Virus record (IMG/VR): IMGVR_UViG_3300025896_000023
Strand: one strand, 5' to 3'
DNA: 38,583 nt
DNA from: a virus
Taxonomy: Duplodnaviria > Heunggongvirae > Uroviricota > Caudoviricetes
Part shown: positions 36,062 through 38,583 of the stretch, one piece after another
Layout of the letters: each line of letters opens with the position of its first letter
How positions within the stretch are numbered: position 1 is the stretch's first letter
Position numbers and translations under genes: made by a program
Notes under the pieces: model-generated
What the model was told of the DNA's origin: nothing
Database searches by the model: none
What the model saw: the letters and a program-made list of their open reading frames with translations, nothing else

Positions 36062-36820
36062 ATGTCACAAATTAAAATCAAGCAGGTTGAAGGTTTACAG
36101 GCTGTATTGGATGCTATTGGTGCTGGGTTACAATCTGGATCTTTAAAGTCTACATACACTCAAATTGGCCATGGCTTTTCTGCAGGAAGTGTAATTGCTT
36201 TCTTAAATGGATCTTGGGTTTTAGCAGACGCATCATCGGCAGAGAAACTAGGTAGACTAGTTGTTGAAAGTGTAACCACCGATGAATTCGTTGGAGTACA
36301 ACTTGGTAATATTGAAATTTCCGGATGGGGACTTACTCCTGGAAAATTCTATATGGTAGATGAAACCGGAAATGGAACGGTATCTGAATATTTATCTCCA
36401 TCATTACCAAACTTTGCATTTAGTAACCCTATTCTACAATCGTTAACCGAAGAGAAAGCGCAAGTTCTTCCATGGAGACCAAGTCTAGGTGCAACTCCAT
36501 TGGCACAAGGACAAGAATATTCCCAAACTGCCCAATCAGAATATACCAATGGAAATGGTTCATCTACTGGTATTTCGTTAGACTTCACCCCATTTGCCGA
36601 TTCAACAGTACAGGTATACATTAATGGTATTGCAGTAACAGAATCATATGGAAACAAAGATGGTGAGGTATATTTTTCAAATGACGGAGGAACAACATCT
36701 GCTGGTATTTCAGAATTAATTGCAGGATCTACTTTACATTGGAATACAACAAATGCAGGTTATGAAATTGGAAATGGAGATACATTAGATTTAGTATATG
36801 AAAAAAGTTCGTTAGATTAA
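36062..36820 (+). CDS. Virion structural protein
   Basis: N-terminal MSQIKIKQV (compare MAQIRSKQI of 31444); C-terminal domain paralogous to 30037-31275; AATATATA at 35994. Confidence 0.65.
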   Translation: MSQIKIKQVEGLQAVLDAIGAGLQSGSLKSTYTQIGHGFSAGSVIAFLNGSWVLADASSAEKLGRLVVESVTTDEFVGVQLGNIEISGWGLTPGKFYMVDETGNGTVSEYLSPSLPNFAFSNPILQSLTEEKAQVLPWRPSLGATPLAQGQEYSQTAQSEYTNGNGSSTGISLDFTPFADSTVQVYINGIAVTESYGNKDGEVYFSNDGGTTSAGISELIAGSTLHWNTTNAGYEIGNGDTLDLVYEKSSLD

Positions 36821-36853
36821 TATAAATAATAAATAAAAAAAAAAATAAAAAAT

Positions 36854-38583
36854 ATGTCAATTACACCGTACATTTCTACTTCGGGGCCACAGGGTTTTAC
36901 AGGGTTTCAAGGTTTTCAAGGTACTGCTGGAGATCAAGGTCTTATTGGAGATCAAGGAGAACAGGAATTCAAGGAACACAAGGTCTTAAAGGAGATCAAG
37001 GTTTCCAAGGTATTACTGGAACAACGGGAGCAACCGGAGATCAAGGTCTTAAAGGAGATCAAGGTTTCCAAGGTATTACTGGAACAACTGGAACACAAGG
37101 TCTTAAAGGAGATCAAGGTTTCCAAGGTATTACTGGAACAACTGGAACAACTGGAGCACAGGGTCTTAAAGGAGATCAAGGTTTCCAAGGTATTACTGGA
37201 ACAACTGGAGCACAAGGTCTTAAAGGAGATCAAGGAATTCAAGGAACACAAGGTCTTAAAGGAGATCAAGGTTTCCAAGGTATTACTGGAGCAACTGGAG
37301 CACAAGGTCTTAAAGGAGATCAAGGTCTTCAAGGAACACAAGGAATTCAAGGAACACAAGGAATTCAAGGAACACAAGGTCTTAAAGGAGATCAAGGTTT
37401 CCAAGGTGTTACTGGAACAACTGGAGCAACTGGAGCACAAGGTCTTAAAGGAGATCAAGGTTTCCAAGGTATTACTGGAACAACTGGAGCACAAGGTCTT
37501 AAAGGAGATCAAGGTCTTCAAGGAGAACAAGGAATTCAAGGAACGCAAGGTCTTAAAGGAGATCAAGGTTTCCAAGGTATTACTGGAACAACTGGAACAA
37601 CTGGAGCACAAGGTCTTAAAGGAGATCAAGGTCTTCAAGGAGAACAAGGAATTCAAGGAACGCAAGGTCTTAAAGGAGATCAAGGTTTCCAAGGTATTAC
37701 TGGAACAACTGGAACAACGGGAGCACAAGGTCTTAAAGGAGATCAAGGTCTTCAAGGAGAACAAGGAATTCAAGGAACGCAAGGTCTTAAAGGAGATCAA
37801 GGTTTCCAAGGTATTACTGGAGCACAGGGGGTAATTGGAGCAACTGGTTTCCAAGGTATTACTGGAACACAGGGTCTTAAAGGAGATCAAGGTTTCCAAG
37901 GTATTACTGGAGCACAAGGATCTCAAGGTTTCCAAGGTATTAAAGGAGATCAAGGTTTCCAAGGTATTAATGGAACAAGTATTACTGGAGCAACCGGAGC
38001 ACAGGGTTTCCAAGGTGTTACTGGAACAACAGGAGCGCAGGGATCTCAAGGTCCAACTGGAGTAACTGGAGCACAGGGTCTTAAAGGAGATCAAGGTTTC
38101 CAAGGTGTTACTGGAACAAGTATTACTGGAGCAACTGGAGCGCAGGGTCTTAAAGGAGATCAAGGTTTCCAAGGTGTTACTGGAACAAGTATTACCGGAG
38201 CAACCGGAGCGCAAGGTTTCCAAGGTGTTACTGGAACGACAGGAGCACAAGGATCTCAAGGTCCAACTGGAGCAACTGGAGCACAGGGTCTTAAAGGAGA
38301 TCAAGGTTTCCAAGGTGTTACTGGAACAAGTATTACCGGAGCAACCGGAGCGCAGGGTCTTAAAGGAGATCAAGGTTTCCAAGGTGTTACTGGAACAAGT
38401 ATTACCGGAGCAACAGGATCACAAGGTCCAACTGGAGCAACAGGATCACAAGGTCTTAAAGGAGATCAAGGTTTCCAAGGTATTAATGGAACAAGTATTA
38501 CTGGAGCAACCGGAGCACAAGGTTTCCAAGGTATTACTGGAACAACAGGAGCACAAGGATCTCAAGGCCCAACTGGAGCAACT
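36854..38583 (+). CDS. Second collagen-like fibre protein (Thr-rich), with a 1-nt frameshift at ~36963; 3'-truncated by the window
   Basis: MSITPYISTSGPQGFTGFQG... is in frame to 36963. The Gly-X-Y frame resumes at GGA 36964 and stays open for 540 codons to the window end. Here gaaca-ggaatt, versus gaacaaggaatt in later repeat copies. Confidence 0.8.

Noticed and set aside
7384-36657. Short antisense or overlapping ORFs in the track (e.g. 9854-10108, 14391-14636, 18234-18581, 28275-28583, 30384-30869, 35368-35661, 36349-36657)
   Set aside because: Each lies fully opposite a well-supported gene and has no motifs or regulatory context.
36952-38382. 476-aa antisense ORF and the KVLKEIK-type translation of 36854-37834 and 37835-38065
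   Set aside because: Shadow frames of the collagen repeat; the Gly-X-Y frame is the meaningful one.
1411-38583. Collagen tandem repeats or early-promoter repeats as a CRISPR array
   Set aside because: The collagen repeats are in-frame coding with no unique spacers. The promoter copies are separated by whole genes, not ~30-40-nt spacers. No cas genes are visible.

Overview
This is a 38.6 kb AT-rich fragment of a large (jumbo) tailed dsDNA phage. It has T4-like head biology and probably a Bacteroidota host: starts lack Shine-Dalgarno sequences, there are TAnnTTT(A/G) -7 boxes, and one lipoprotein is Bacteroidota-style. Left to right: (1) a holin-like gene behind a hairpin that encloses a late-type promoter; (2) a 1752-aa collagen-like fibre with an S74 chaperone; (3) a glycosyltransferase/SGNH/carbamoyltransferase cluster; (4) five genes sharing an MKxxxL(F/Y)EEFxNE leader that resembles the T4 capsid-targeting sequence, one of them a 2H phosphoesterase (Acb1-like); (5) an ~7.6 kb divergently transcribed early-gene island (RadA-like ATPase, LPD29-like, DUF932-like, an unannotated 40-aa HTH, a candidate structured ncRNA) with seven related promoters and a palindromic box. 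The island is flanked by non-coding, palindrome-rich, strand-skewed DNA that may hold an origin or genome terminus; (6) ClpC lacking its N-domain, ClpP and a UVR-like protein, with a T4 gp42-like dCMP hydroxymethylase candidate; (7) virion fibre genes, two more glycosyltransferases, a J-domain protein and a second, frameshifted Thr-rich collagen gene running off the window. Three promoter classes can be read from the sequence. Family assignments come from motifs recognised by eye, with no database search.
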